Below, piece by piece: positions 31,462-42,100 of a DNA stretch of 64,000 nucleotides (its first letter is position 1; each line of letters starts with the position of its first letter). Source of the DNA: a bacterium (GTDB lineage Bacteria > Auribacterota > Auribacteria > Auribacterales > Auribacteraceae); NCBI GenBank assembly GCA_024233545.1, contig JACKPL010000009.1, positions 6,578 to 70,577 on the forward strand. The letters are read 5' to 3'. The notes beneath the pieces were generated by a model. It saw only the letters and a list, made by a program, of their open reading frames with translations. It had not been told where the DNA came from and did no database searches. The position numbers and the translations under genes are program-made.

Positions 31462-31883
31462 TATGCCCTCCCTTGAACAATACTCAATCGCGCGGAGGCA
31501 CGTTCCAATGCGGCTAAAGCACGGTCTAAATCCACTTTTTCTTTATCTTCCTGCAGTCGTTTTTCTGCACGCTCTTTGGCTTCAAGAGCACGGGTTGAGT
31601 CGATATCCGCTTCATGTTCGCTGGAACGGGTCAATATTAAAACCTTGTTTTTTTCGACATACAGTATGCCGCCGGCAATAAAAAAGGTAATTTCCTTTTC
31701 CGGCCGTTTACTTTTTCCGATCGGTTCGATGACAATCCGGCTTATGTGCAACGTTGACATAAACCGCGTATGCCGCGGCAATAAGGTAAAATATCCCGCT
31801 TCTCCGTGAGCAATGATTTTTGCGCACTCCTGTTCCAAAACGTCTTTTTCGGGAGTACGTATTATAAGCCTAAGGGAATCCAT
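31461..31883 (-). CDS. atpC: F1 ATP synthase epsilon subunit
   Basis: 140 aa, immediately downstream of atpD, with a beta-sandwich plus helical hairpin pattern (LRLIIRTPEKDV...). Confidence 0.85.
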   Translation of the reverse strand: MDSLRLIIRTPEKDVLEQECAKIIAHGEAGYFTLLPRHTRFMSTLHISRIVIEPIGKSKRPEKEITFFIAGGILYVEKNKVLILTRSSEHEADIDSTRALEAKERAEKRLQEDKEKVDLDRALAALERASARLSIVQGRA

Positions 31884-31894
31884 GGTAAAAATCC

Positions 31895-33331
<1,437 letters not shown>

Positions 33332-34243
33332 TTATTTTTTTAATGCTTCTGCTCCTCCGACGATCTCGAGTATTTCGGTTGTGATAACCGCTTGCCGAGC
33401 ACGGTTATATACTAAAAGCAGATTGTTAATCAGTTCTTCCGCATTAGTCGTGGCGGCATCCATGGCGTTCATGCGGGTTATCTGCTCGGCTAAAAACGAT
33501 TCTTCCATAATATGCTGGATACGAAGATCGATATAATGGTTCGCCAACGTGCTAAACACATGTTCAGGTTCCGGCTCAAGAAGTGCCGATACACGCCGCG
33601 CTTTCGGGGCAGGCTTGCCCGATTCGGTTTCAGGAATATCTCCGGATATTTTGTTTTCTTTGCCGGCATCGCTAAAAATATCAGTCAATGGCAAGAGCTG
33701 TATCAACCGCAACGGTTGTTGTCCCATGCTCTCGAATCCAGTATAAAGAGCTTTGATTGAAGAATAGTTGCCTGAAAGGTAGTGGAATTTGATGGTTTCT
33801 GCAATCTGAGAATATATTTTGAAACCCGGATGGGTAAACACATCCTGCTTTTTCCCGATAATCGAAATATCCGAGCGGCGTTTCAGTATATTGATCCCTT
33901 TCTTTCCGATTACGTATAAATCGGCGTTCTGCAGGTGAGTGTTGCCGAACCGAATCAGGTTGGTATTGAATGCTCCGCAGAGACCGCGGTCGGAAGTAAC
34001 TATAAGAATCAGGTCTTTGCCGGCATTTTGAACCTGATTACACAATGGATTATACCGTAGCACCACTTCTTTCTTGAGCAAACTCATCATTCCCTCAAGT
34101 TCGGATAAGTACTGCTTAGTACGTTCCAGTTTCTTTTGAATTTTTTTGTACTTAGCCGTAGCAACCATTTTCATGGCGCGGGTAATTTTATGTATTTCGC
34201 GGACACTTTTTATCCGGCTTTTGATATCGCGTATATTTTCCAT
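33332..34243 (-). CDS. atpG: F1 ATP synthase gamma subunit
   Basis: N-terminal IKSRIKSVREIHKITRAMKMVATAKY and C-terminal ITTEILEIVGGAEAL. Confidence 0.93.
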   Translation of the reverse strand: MENIRDIKSRIKSVREIHKITRAMKMVATAKYKKIQKKLERTKQYLSELEGMMSLLKKEVVLRYNPLCNQVQNAGKDLILIVTSDRGLCGAFNTNLIRFGNTHLQNADLYVIGKKGINILKRRSDISIIGKKQDVFTHPGFKIYSQIAETIKFHYLSGNYSSIKALYTGFESMGQQPLRLIQLLPLTDIFSDAGKENKISGDIPETESGKPAPKARRVSALLEPEPEHVFSTLANHYIDLRIQHIMEESFLAEQITRMNAMDAATTNAEELINNLLLVYNRARQAVITTEILEIVGGAEALKK

Positions 34244-35767
34244 TTATTTCGCTTGGCTGAAATTTTTTGTAAACGCAGTTAAGACATCTCTCAGTTCTTT
34301 ATCGATTTCGTCGGTAATCTTTTTTTCTGCTTCGAGTTTATCGAGTATTTTTTTATGGCTTTTTTCGATATGTTCGAGCAACTCTTTTTCATACCGCTTG
34401 ACATTCGGAATAGCAATCGTTTTAAGAAAGCCGTTCACACCGGCAAAAATGCTGATTATTTGATGTTCCACTTTCATAGGAGCATACTGCCCTTGCTTGA
34501 GTACTTCTACCAGCCGTTCGCCTTTGCTCAATTGAGATTGAGTTGCTTTATCCAATTCCGTTCCGAATTGCGCAAATGCCGCCATATCACGGTATTGCGC
34601 AAGTTCAAGGCGCAGAGAACCGGCAACCTGTTTCATCGCTTTGATCTGCGCACTGCCGCCGACACGCGATACGGACAACCCTACGTTAATTGCGGGGCGC
34701 ACACCGGAATAGAATAAGTTGCTTTCAAGATATATCTGCCCATCGGTGATGGAAATGACATTAGTCGGGATATAGGCGGAGACGTCTCCTGCCTGCGTCT
34801 CGATAATCGGCAGAGCGGTAAGCGACCCGCCTCCGAGCTCTTTGCTCAACTTTGCGGCTCGTTCAAGCAAACGAGAATGCAGATAAAAAATATCACCCGG
34901 ATACGCTTCGCGTCCCGGCGGGCGGCGGAGAATCAAAGACAATTGGCGGTATGCAACGGCATGTTTCGACAAATCATCGTAAATGATGAGCGCATGTTTT
35001 CCGTTATCGCGGAATTCCTCTCCCATGGCACATCCTGCATACGGCGCAAGGTACTGAAGCGGCGCCGGATCGCTTGCTGTTGCCGACACGATGGTTGTAT
35101 ACTCCATGGCACCGTATTCTTCCAACGCGTTTATGACTTGTGCAACCGTTGACTGCTTCTGCCCGATCGCAACGTAAATACAGTAGACGCCCGCTCCTTT
35201 TTGATTGATGATCGTATCGATCGCTATAGCGGTTTTGCCGGTTTGCCGGTCGCCGATAATGAGTTCGCGCTGTCCGCGCCCTATGGGCACCATGCCGTCG
35301 ATGGCTTTTATGCCGGTTTGAAGGGATTCTTTGACCGGCATACGCTCGACTACGCCGGGCGCTAACCGTTCTATGGGACGGAATTTTTTACTGGTAATCG
35401 GCCCTTTGCCGTCGATGGGTTCGCCCAATGCATCGACGACACGCCCGCACAACTCCTCGCCGACGGGCACTTCAACTTGCCTGCCGGTCAGCTTGACAGT
35501 ATCGCCCTCTTTAATGAGGGAATCGTCGCCGAGCACTACTGCGCCAATAGTAGTTTCTTCAAGGTTCATGACCATCCCCATGACGCCTTTGTTCATTTCA
35601 ATAAGTTCGCCAGCCATGGCGTTATCCAGCCCGTAGATGGTAGCAACGCCGTCGCCGATTTGCACGACTGTACCGACTTCTTCCAATTTCATCTCTTTTT
35701 CAAAGGATGAAATTTTTTTCTTTATAAGGGAACTTATTTCGTCCGCTTTAATTTGCATCGCCGTCAT
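34244..35767 (-). CDS. atpA: F1 ATP synthase alpha subunit
   Basis: Walker A GDRQTGKT, plus [11 protein letters not shown] and [20 protein letters not shown]. Confidence 0.97.
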   Translation of the reverse strand: MTAMQIKADEISSLIKKKISSFEKEMKLEEVGTVVQIGDGVATIYGLDNAMAGELIEMNKGVMGMVMNLEETTIGAVVLGDDSLIKEGDTVKLTGRQVEVPVGEELCGRVVDALGEPIDGKGPITSKKFRPIERLAPGVVERMPVKESLQTGIKAIDGMVPIGRGQRELIIGDRQTGKTAIAIDTIINQKGAGVYCIYVAIGQKQSTVAQVINALEEYGAMEYTTIVSATASDPAPLQYLAPYAGCAMGEEFRDNGKHALIIYDDLSKHAVAYRQLSLILRRPPGREAYPGDIFYLHSRLLERAAKLSKELGGGSLTALPIIETQAGDVSAYIPTNVISITDGQIYLESNLFYSGVRPAINVGLSVSRVGGSAQIKAMKQVAGSLRLELAQYRDMAAFAQFGTELDKATQSQLSKGERLVEVLKQGQYAPMKVEHQIISIFAGVNGFLKTIAIPNVKRYEKELLEHIEKSHKKILDKLEAEKKITDEIDKELRDVLTAFTKNFSQAK

Positions 35768-36315
35768 CCTTCTTGTTTGAGAGCTTCTTTTATACGAGTT
35801 AATTCATTTTTCAGTGAAAAGTCCATTACTTGGTTATTCACTCTTATAACCAATCCGCCAAGAATCTCCGGTGCAACACTGCATACCAGTTCCACATCGT
35901 TATGGAATAGCGATTTTAGATGCGCAGATATGGATTTTTTAGCAGTGTCACTGAGTGGTATTACGCTCTGCACATGGGCAGTCACCATACGAAACGATTC
36001 CTGAGCCCGCTGTCTATAAAAGTAGAGTATTTTTTTTACCAAGCCTGTTCGATTGTTTTCTATAAGAACATTCATAAAGCGGATAAAGACGTCATGCACT
36101 TCCGCTTTTTTTAAAATGGCGGTATTGACAGCCTGTTTCTCTTTCTGAGGAATAAGAGGATTGGACACAAATGTTCGGTAATCGCGGTTTTCTTTGAGCA
36201 GAGAAGACATATCTTCAAGCTGTGCCCATATTTCGCGTACAACATTGGATTCGTGTGCCGCATCGAAAAGCGAAGCGGCATACCGCTGTGCGATTTTCCC
36301 AAATAGATTTTCCAT
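35764..36315 (-). CDS. atpH: F1 ATP synthase delta (OSCP) subunit
   Basis: 183 aa, located between atpF and atpA, beginning [13 protein letters not shown]... Confidence 0.85.
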   Translation of the reverse strand: MENLFGKIAQRYAASLFDAAHESNVVREIWAQLEDMSSLLKENRDYRTFVSNPLIPQKEKQAVNTAILKKAEVHDVFIRFMNVLIENNRTGLVKKILYFYRQRAQESFRMVTAHVQSVIPLSDTAKKSISAHLKSLFHNDVELVCSVAPEILGGLVIRVNNQVMDFSLKNELTRIKEALKQEG

Positions 36316-36323
36316 TTAGAATT

Positions 36324-36815
36324 CTAATTCCATGATTGAGACTTCATTTTTTTCAAAACATCATCAACGAGACTTGTGTGCTCCTTGGCGGAAATCGATT
36401 TCTCCACTATTTTTTCCGCTACTGCAACAGCCACATCGGCAACATCGCTTCTCAACTGTGCCGCGGCTTTTTTCCGTTCGGTTTCAACGGCCGCTTTGCC
36501 GTCATCGATAATTTTCTGCGATTCCTGTTCTGCACGCGCAAGGATTTGCGTGCGCGCTTCCTCGCCTTCTTTTTTCGAATTTCGAACGATGGACGCCGCT
36601 TGAGTTTTTGCCTGCATAAGTTCTTCTTCGCGCTGTTCCAACAAGGTTTTTGCTTCGTTTTGGAGACGGGACGCCTCATCAAGGTCGACTTTCACCCCTT
36701 CGGCGCGGCGGTCGAGATAATCGAGCAGTTTTTTGTAGAGCAGTTTATTGAGCACCCACATCAAAATACCGAAATTGATGATCTGAAGTATCATGGTGAA
36801 ACTTATATCTATCAC
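36324..36815 (-). CDS. atpF: Fo ATP synthase b subunit
   Basis: A single N-terminal TM helix followed by a long charged coiled coil (...REEELMQAKTQAASIV...). Confidence 0.88.
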   Translation of the reverse strand: MIDISFTMILQIINFGILMWVLNKLLYKKLLDYLDRRAEGVKVDLDEASRLQNEAKTLLEQREEELMQAKTQAASIVRNSKKEGEEARTQILARAEQESQKIIDDGKAAVETERKKAAAQLRSDVADVAVAVAEKIVEKSISAKEHTSLVDDVLKKMKSQSWN

Positions 36816-36858
36816 CGGACTGTACCTCTTTTATTCTTTTTTTGATTAGACAATGCTG

Positions 36859-37110
36859 TTATTTGATTACAAAAAGCATCAACAGCGCAATAACGAGCGA
36901 ATAAATACCGGTTGACTCTGATACCGCTTGCCCGATAAGCATGGTACGGGTAATCAAGTTGGCATTTTCCGGTTCGCGAGCGACGCCCTCACACGCCTTG
37001 CCGGCGGCAAACCCTTCGCCGATGCCGGGGCCGATTGCACCGAACCCCATACAAATCCCAGCGCCGATCATTGCGGCGGCTTTAATTATTTCCGCGCCTG
37101 TCAGTTCCAT
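36859..37110 (-). CDS. atpE: Fo c subunit (single hairpin) with Na+-type two-carboxylate motif
   Basis: 83 aa. It contains [11 protein letters not shown] (E32) and [19 protein letters not shown] (E65, S66, T67, Y70), counted from Met1. Confidence 0.92.
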   Translation of the reverse strand: MELTGAEIIKAAAMIGAGICMGFGAIGPGIGEGFAAGKACEGVAREPENANLITRTMLIGQAVSESTGIYSLVIALLMLFVIK

Positions 37111-37140
37111 GATATGAACTCCTTCTTGCGTGTTAAAAAG

Positions 37141-37623
37141 TTACACAACATATATTAACATTAAAGCAATAACCAATGCATAAATACTGGTAGACTGCGA
37201 TACTGCCTGCCCAATGAGCATGGTGCGCAACAGTACTGTTTCCGAATCCGGATTACGCCCCACTCCCTCGCATGCCTCTGCGTTAGCAAACCCCGCACCG
37301 ACACCGGGCCCGAATGCCCCGGCTCCCATGCAGATTCCTGCACCAATCAGTGCACATAACGGCGCCAATCCGATAACAGCCGGCGCATTAAATAAAAGTA
37401 TAAACGCAACCAGCAATGCGAAAATCGATGGCGATTCGGTAACCGCTTGCCCAATAAGCATGGTTTTGATTACCTGCCCTTCCGCTTCCGGCTGACGCGC
37501 AATGGCGTTACACCCGCGCGAGCTGGCATACCCCACACCGTACGCCGGTCCGATCGCGCCGACACCCATACAGCATGCGGCGCCGACAAGAGAAGCGATT
37601 TTCATTGCGTATGCATCAATCAT
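37141..37623 (-). CDS. atpE: fused double-hairpin Fo c subunit (four TM helices, one carboxylate lost)
   Basis: 160 aa, made of two c-subunit repeats. Hairpin 1 has ...LIGQAVTESPSIF (E63). Hairpin 2 has ...LIGQAVSQSTSIY (Q143, codon cag, the reverse complement of ctg at 37195-37197). Confidence 0.88.
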   Translation of the reverse strand: MIDAYAMKIASLVGAACCMGVGAIGPAYGVGYASSRGCNAIARQPEAEGQVIKTMLIGQAVTESPSIFALLVAFILLFNAPAVIGLAPLCALIGAGICMGAGAFGPGVGAGFANAEACEGVGRNPDSETVLLRTMLIGQAVSQSTSIYALVIALMLIYVV

Positions 37624-37677
37624 TTAATCATATATCCTTTACTTTTTAGGAGAAACGGGCAAAAACGAAGCACCCGC

Positions 37678-38541
37678 TTATTCATTCACCATCACCGATA
37701 CATAGACAAGCGCCAGCATGGTAAACACAAATGCTTGAACCGCGCCGACAAACAAACCAAAAAAACCGTTAAGGAATACGGGCAGTACTATAAACCGTAT
37801 CAAATTACAAATAACGACCATAATAATCGCTCCGCCTAATATATTGCCGAAAAGACGAAACGAGTGGGATATGGTTTTCCCGATTTCTCCGACGATATTG
37901 AGCAGTCCCATAAACATATTAAATATAAATTTACCGATATTGCCGCCATTGAACCCTTTATCATACGGCATCGTAACGAAATATTCCGCAACATACCCTT
38001 TAAATCCCCGCACATAAATACCGCTGATGTGCGCTACGAAAAAACACATAATGCCGAATCCAAGTGTTGTATTGAGGTCGCGGGTTGGTTCTTCTATGGC
38101 TAGCCAATGGGGAAACACGCCATCTACGACATGCCAGAAACTCGGAATAACTCCTACCCAGTTAGACAACAACACAAAAATAAACAGCGTTGCGACAAAC
38201 GGCAGAAATTTTCTTCCACGTTTTTTGCCAAGCACTTCCGTACACAGCGTATCGAAAGCGGAAACATATGTTTCCGCTATTGCCTGCAGTCTGCCGGGTA
38301 TGGGCGTAAGGCGCCTCGTAAAAAAATAACTTCCTGCAATAACTACTGCCATAATCAGCCATGTATTAAGAACTGTAGAGATATTGATGCCGTTAAAAGG
38401 GATTTTTACGCCGAAAACCGTATGGATTTTTGCAAAAGGAGCCGCTATTTGAGACATATCATATTCGCCGAAAAGAGAAATGATAAACTCAACTGTAAAA
38501 ATAATTCCGATAACCAGAAAGACTTTTTTCTTGTTACTCAT
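37678..38541 (-). CDS. atpB: Fo ATP synthase a subunit
   Basis: The conserved stator Arg lies in SHSFRLFGNILGG. The start was chosen at MSNKKKVFLV (ATG 38541), overlapping the atpI stop by 8 nt. Confidence 0.9.
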   Translation of the reverse strand: MSNKKKVFLVIGIIFTVEFIISLFGEYDMSQIAAPFAKIHTVFGVKIPFNGINISTVLNTWLIMAVVIAGSYFFTRRLTPIPGRLQAIAETYVSAFDTLCTEVLGKKRGRKFLPFVATLFIFVLLSNWVGVIPSFWHVVDGVFPHWLAIEEPTRDLNTTLGFGIMCFFVAHISGIYVRGFKGYVAEYFVTMPYDKGFNGGNIGKFIFNMFMGLLNIVGEIGKTISHSFRLFGNILGGAIIMVVICNLIRFIVLPVFLNGFFGLFVGAVQAFVFTMLALVYVSVMVNE

Positions 38542-38902
38542 GCTGTTTAAATCCCCAGATAAAGTCGATGTAAATCGCAATTTGAACCAAGAAAATGCCA
38601 ATGGCGAAAGAGACAATGTTCACCGTATCATATCGGACGGCAACACAAAACGCCAAAGATAAAATTACAAACCGGAAAAAAAAACCTATTAAGATATTCT
38701 TCGAAGATTTTCGTTTGTTTACGGTTTCTGAAATCCGTTTGCCGATCAAAAAAAAGTTCAGCAATCCAACGCCAGTACCCAACAGCAACCCGTACACCCA
38801 ATCGCCCGCACCGGCGGCAATTGCTACGACACAGGCGGAACACGACAGCTGAACAACTCTTTTTAAAATCTGTTTCCAGACAGCCCGAACAGCTTGATGC
38901 AT
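38534..38902 (-). CDS. atpI: ATP synthase protein I
   Basis: A 122-aa hydrophobic protein directly upstream of atpB. Confidence 0.7.
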   Translation of the reverse strand: MHQAVRAVWKQILKRVVQLSCSACVVAIAAGAGDWVYGLLLGTGVGLLNFFLIGKRISETVNKRKSSKNILIGFFFRFVILSLAFCVAVRYDTVNIVSFAIGIFLVQIAIYIDFIWGFKQHE

Positions 38903-38920
38903 TCGTCAACTCTTGTACAA

Positions 38921-39199
38921 TCAGATATTTAACTCTTTTTTTAGGATTCTGTAACATTGGTAGAAGCCGGCACAAATGCCCGCGATTATGAAGACTATAA
39001 GAAAAATATAGTCTTTTCGGAAAATTTTATCAAGCCAAATTCCAATAAAAAAACCTGTTATTATTGAAAAGAACATTACCAGCCCGATATTTGAAATCAC
39101 TACAAAAACCCGGAATATTTCTCTGCGCTGTCCGGTTTGAGGGATTTCCTTCTCCGGTTCGGGCTTGCGAGACGGTTGGTTATTGGAAATGTTTGGCAA
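38921..39199 (-). CDS. AtpZ/AtpR-type small membrane protein
   Basis: 92 aa with two TM helices (VVISNIGLVMFFSIITGFFIGIWLDK...IFLIVFIIAGICAGFYQCY). It is the first gene of the atp cluster. Confidence 0.65.
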   Translation of the reverse strand: MPNISNNQPSRKPEPEKEIPQTGQRREIFRVFVVISNIGLVMFFSIITGFFIGIWLDKIFRKDYIFLIVFIIAGICAGFYQCYRILKKELNI

Positions 39200-40049
39200 T
39201 GTGTTCGAGTTCCTTTCTTGAATTAAAATGGATAATCAGCCTGCCGGATGTATCGTTCCATTTTATTTCAACCCGAGACTTGAGTTTACTGCGCAGTGTG
39301 CTGGTCACTTCGCCGAACGCCTGTTTGAGGCCCGGGTCGGTCAACGACCGCACAACAGTTTTTTTATCGGGCGATTTGAGTGCCTGAACAAGTTTTTCCG
39401 CATTGCGCACATTAAAACTGTTGCGGACAATCTGGCGGAATACATCCAGCTGTGCATCCTGATCCTCAAGCCCGAGCACCACTTTGGCATGCCCAACCGT
39501 GAACGAACCGTCCTGCAATGCATGCTGAATCTTTGGAGGAAGCTTAAGCAACCGAAGCGCATTCGTAATCGCTGTGCGGCTTTTTCCTACCTGCCGAGCG
39601 ATATCCTCATGGGATAAACTGAACTCTTCCGACAACATAAGGTAACCGCGCGCTTCTTCGATAGGGTTCAGGTCGGCGCGCTGAATATTTTCTATAAGCG
39701 CAAGCTCAAGGGCTTTGAGGTCGTTGACATTTTTCACTATTGCCGGTATTTCGTTCAATCCGGCGCGCTGAGCGGCAATAAACCGCCGTTCGCCGGCTAT
39801 CAGTTCGTATCCTGCCTGCATTTTACGCACGATGATCGGCTGAATGACGCCGTTTTCCTTGATGGACAGTTCTAAATCCTTGAGTTTCTCTTCGATGAAT
39901 TCGGAGCGAGGCTGGTAACGGTTTGCTTTAATATCGCTTAATTTTATACGGTGTACCAGTTCACGGTCAAGCGGCGATACGGGAATTAAGGATTGCAGTC
40001 CTCTTCCCAGCGGCGATTTCTTTTGTTTCGGGTCGGTTCCGGATTCCAT
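39180..40049 (-). CDS. parB: chromosome partitioning protein ParB/Spo0J
   Basis: LGRGLQSLIP, IQPIIVRK...YELIAGERRFIAAQRAGL, and an HTH in SHEDIARQVGKSRTAITNALRLLKL. Confidence 0.93.
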   Translation of the reverse strand: MESGTDPKQKKSPLGRGLQSLIPVSPLDRELVHRIKLSDIKANRYQPRSEFIEEKLKDLELSIKENGVIQPIIVRKMQAGYELIAGERRFIAAQRAGLNEIPAIVKNVNDLKALELALIENIQRADLNPIEEARGYLMLSEEFSLSHEDIARQVGKSRTAITNALRLLKLPPKIQHALQDGSFTVGHAKVVLGLEDQDAQLDVFRQIVRNSFNVRNAEKLVQALKSPDKKTVVRSLTDPGLKQAFGEVTSTLRSKLKSRVEIKWNDTSGRLIIHFNSRKELEHIAKHFQ

Positions 40050-40070
40050 GGTATGTTAAAAAATCCTTTC

Positions 40071-40859
40071 TTATACAGCGGAGAGCAGTTCCGCATTGCG
40101 TTTCAAAAATTCTCGGGCGAGGTCGCGGTATGCTTTCGAACCCACACTCGCCGGATCGTAGTAGAGAGCCGGTTTTCCGTAGCTCGGCGCTTCCGACAAC
40201 TTCACGTTGCGCGGGATGATTGTCGAATACACATATTCCCGTTTACTGAAGAAACTGTTGACTTCGTTGAGCACATGAACGGCAAGTCGCGTGCGCTTAT
40301 CGAACATGGTAAGCACGATCCCTTCTATGTGCAGGTCAGGGTTGAGCCCAAGCTGAATAAGATTGATTGAATTGAGCAGTAAACTGAGCCCTTCAAGCGC
40401 GTAGTACTCGGTTTGAATCGGTATGAGCACGCTGTCGGCGGCGCTAAGCGCGTTCACCGTAAGGAGCGTCAAAGAGGGAGCACAATCCAGAATGATAAAA
40501 TCGTATTCGTCCCGAACGACTTTGAGCGCTTCTTTGAGGCGTGATTCCCTGCTTTGTTTTTCGTACAGCCCTACATCCGCGCCGCTTAAATCGCGGTTTG
40601 ACGGAATAATATGAAAGTTGGTGTAGCCGGTGTCGAGTATGATTTCGGTAAGCGGAAACTCATCGACCAACGCATCATAGAGCCCGACGGTAAGCTGGTG
40701 GGTGTTTATGCCGAGCCCGCTGGTAGCGTTTCCTTGCGGATCAGCATCGATCAGCAGAATTTTCCAGCCGTGTTCCGCCAATCCCGCGCACAGATTGATG
40801 GCAGTGGTCGTTTTGCCTACGCCGCCCTTCTGATTGGTTATACTGATTACTTTGCCCAT
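40071..40859 (-). CDS. parA: chromosome partitioning ATPase ParA/Soj
   Basis: A deviant Walker A, KVISITNQKGGVGKTTTAINL, followed by ILLIDADPQGNAT. Confidence 0.95.
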   Translation of the reverse strand: MGKVISITNQKGGVGKTTTAINLCAGLAEHGWKILLIDADPQGNATSGLGINTHQLTVGLYDALVDEFPLTEIILDTGYTNFHIIPSNRDLSGADVGLYEKQSRESRLKEALKVVRDEYDFIILDCAPSLTLLTVNALSAADSVLIPIQTEYYALEGLSLLLNSINLIQLGLNPDLHIEGIVLTMFDKRTRLAVHVLNEVNSFFSKREYVYSTIIPRNVKLSEAPSYGKPALYYDPASVGSKAYRDLAREFLKRNAELLSAV

Positions 40860-41046
40860 CTGACCTCTCGCGCATTATGAATCTACCCGAATGATACCAA
40901 GCTTTTCTGTCCGTGGCAATTATTTTTGTCGGGAAAAATTTTTTCGGGCGGCGCGTGAACGGATGCGAACAAACAAAGGTTTTTGTGAGAAACAGAATAA
41001 AAAAACGTTCCGATAGAGACAAAAACACTCAACTGCAACAACCTGC

Positions 41047-41075
41047 TTGACGAAAAACAGAAAAATTGATACAGT
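41047..41075 (+). promoter_or_regulatory. candidate sigma70-type promoter for the tRNA-Ser pair
   Basis: TTGACG (41047-41052), 17 nt, then TACAGT (41070-41075), ending 17 nt upstream of the tRNA 5' end. Confidence 0.4.
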
Positions 41076-41092
41076 TCAAAGATATTTCGTCC

Positions 41093-41177
41093 GGAGAGGT
41101 GGCTGAGCGGTTGAAAGCACCGGTCTTGAAAACCGGCGAACCGAAAGGTTCCGTGGGTTCGAATCCCACCCTCTCCG
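41093..41177 (+). tRNA. tRNA-Ser (anticodon TGA)
   Basis: Acceptor ggagagg/cctctcc, anticodon arm ccggt-CTTGAAA-accgg, long variable arm, and T-arm gtggg-ttcgaat-cccac. CCA is not encoded. Confidence 0.9.
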
Positions 41178-41287
41178 TTGAATTCAGCGGAGCAGGGCGG
41201 CGGACGAATCGATGCTTACGTTACTACATACTGCATGCGGGATGCCGGTTAGGTACGGCACCGCGTTGCATATCATACGATCTAAAC

Positions 41288-41377
41288 GGAGAGGTGGCTG
41301 AGAGGCTGAAGGCAACGGATTGCTAATCCGTCGTAGGGGCTCAACCCCTACCGAGGGTTCGAATCCCTCCCTCTCCG
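41288..41377 (+). tRNA. tRNA-Ser (anticodon GCT)
   Basis: Acceptor ggagagg/cctctcc, anticodon arm acgga-TTGCTAA-tccgt, long variable arm (gtaggggctcaaccccta), and T-arm gaggg-ttcgaat-ccctc. Confidence 0.9.
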
Positions 41378-41451
41378 TTTTACTTTTTTCATCGTTTGTT
41401 TGATAAAACACATAGGCTAATCCAAATCAATCGTTACAAAAAGGTTTCCAA

Positions 41452-41958
41452 ATGAAAAAAATAGTCTTCTTTTTATGTTTGGCGATGATAACCGGTTTCA
41501 GCTCCGCAGACGAACCTGCAAAAAACAGACTGCACTTCAAAAACAATAATTTCTCCATAGCACCGCTCGACGAAAAATCAACCGTTCAATCGTATCAATT
41601 GCTTGTGATGTTTCTGCCGGCATCGGATGCGTTTGCTCCCAATGTCAATGTAATACTGCAACAGTATAGCGATACCATGGAGAGTTACGCGGCGTTATCG
41701 CGCCAAGAATTCCAAGACGAGCAATGGACAATTTTGAAAGAGGAAACCGTAGGGAACTCGATTCATTGGGAAACCAGCGGAATGTTTCAAGGCCAAAAAC
41801 TCCATTGGTACATGCGAGCAGATTTTAATAACGGTACGGTATACCTGATTACTGCTACCGCCACGGAAAATCAATGGAAAACAGTCGGCACAAAACTCAC
41901 CGAATGCGTTGACAGTTTCCAGTTAGATGACATTATGCACGATGCTGATAATGAATAA
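41452..41958 (+). CDS. secreted hypothetical protein
   Basis: Signal peptide MKKIVFFLCLAMITGFSSA behind an AAAGG RBS. The ORF is 168 aa and no family was recognised. Confidence 0.65.
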   Translation: MKKIVFFLCLAMITGFSSADEPAKNRLHFKNNNFSIAPLDEKSTVQSYQLLVMFLPASDAFAPNVNVILQQYSDTMESYAALSRQEFQDEQWTILKEETVGNSIHWETSGMFQGQKLHWYMRADFNNGTVYLITATATENQWKTVGTKLTECVDSFQLDDIMHDADNE

Positions 41959-42030
41959 GCAAGGAATTGTCATTATTGTATGCACATAGCCATACCGGTT
42001 CGAGTTATACAAATAACTCTGCCTTCGGTT

Positions 42031-42059
42031 ATTGCGAGGAGCGATAGCGGCGTCGCAAT
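42031..42059. repeat. solo hairpin of a second REP-like family
   Basis: attgcga-ggagcgatagcggcg-tcgcaat, immediately upstream of the tandem array. Confidence 0.5.
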
Positions 42060-42100
42060 CTCCCTATGTTGATTCAGGCATTCAAACGCAACACCGTCAT

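Noticed and set aside
40860-41092. Intergenic region upstream of parA, considered as a possible oriC
   Set aside because: I could find no TTATCCACA-like DnaA boxes or AT-rich 13-mer cluster by eye, and no dnaA, dnaN or gidAB genes are in the window.
41066-41411. ORFs 41066-41326 (+) and 41184-41411 (-)
   Set aside because: They overlap the two tRNA-Ser genes, and peptides such as GEVAERLKA are tRNA sequence translated.
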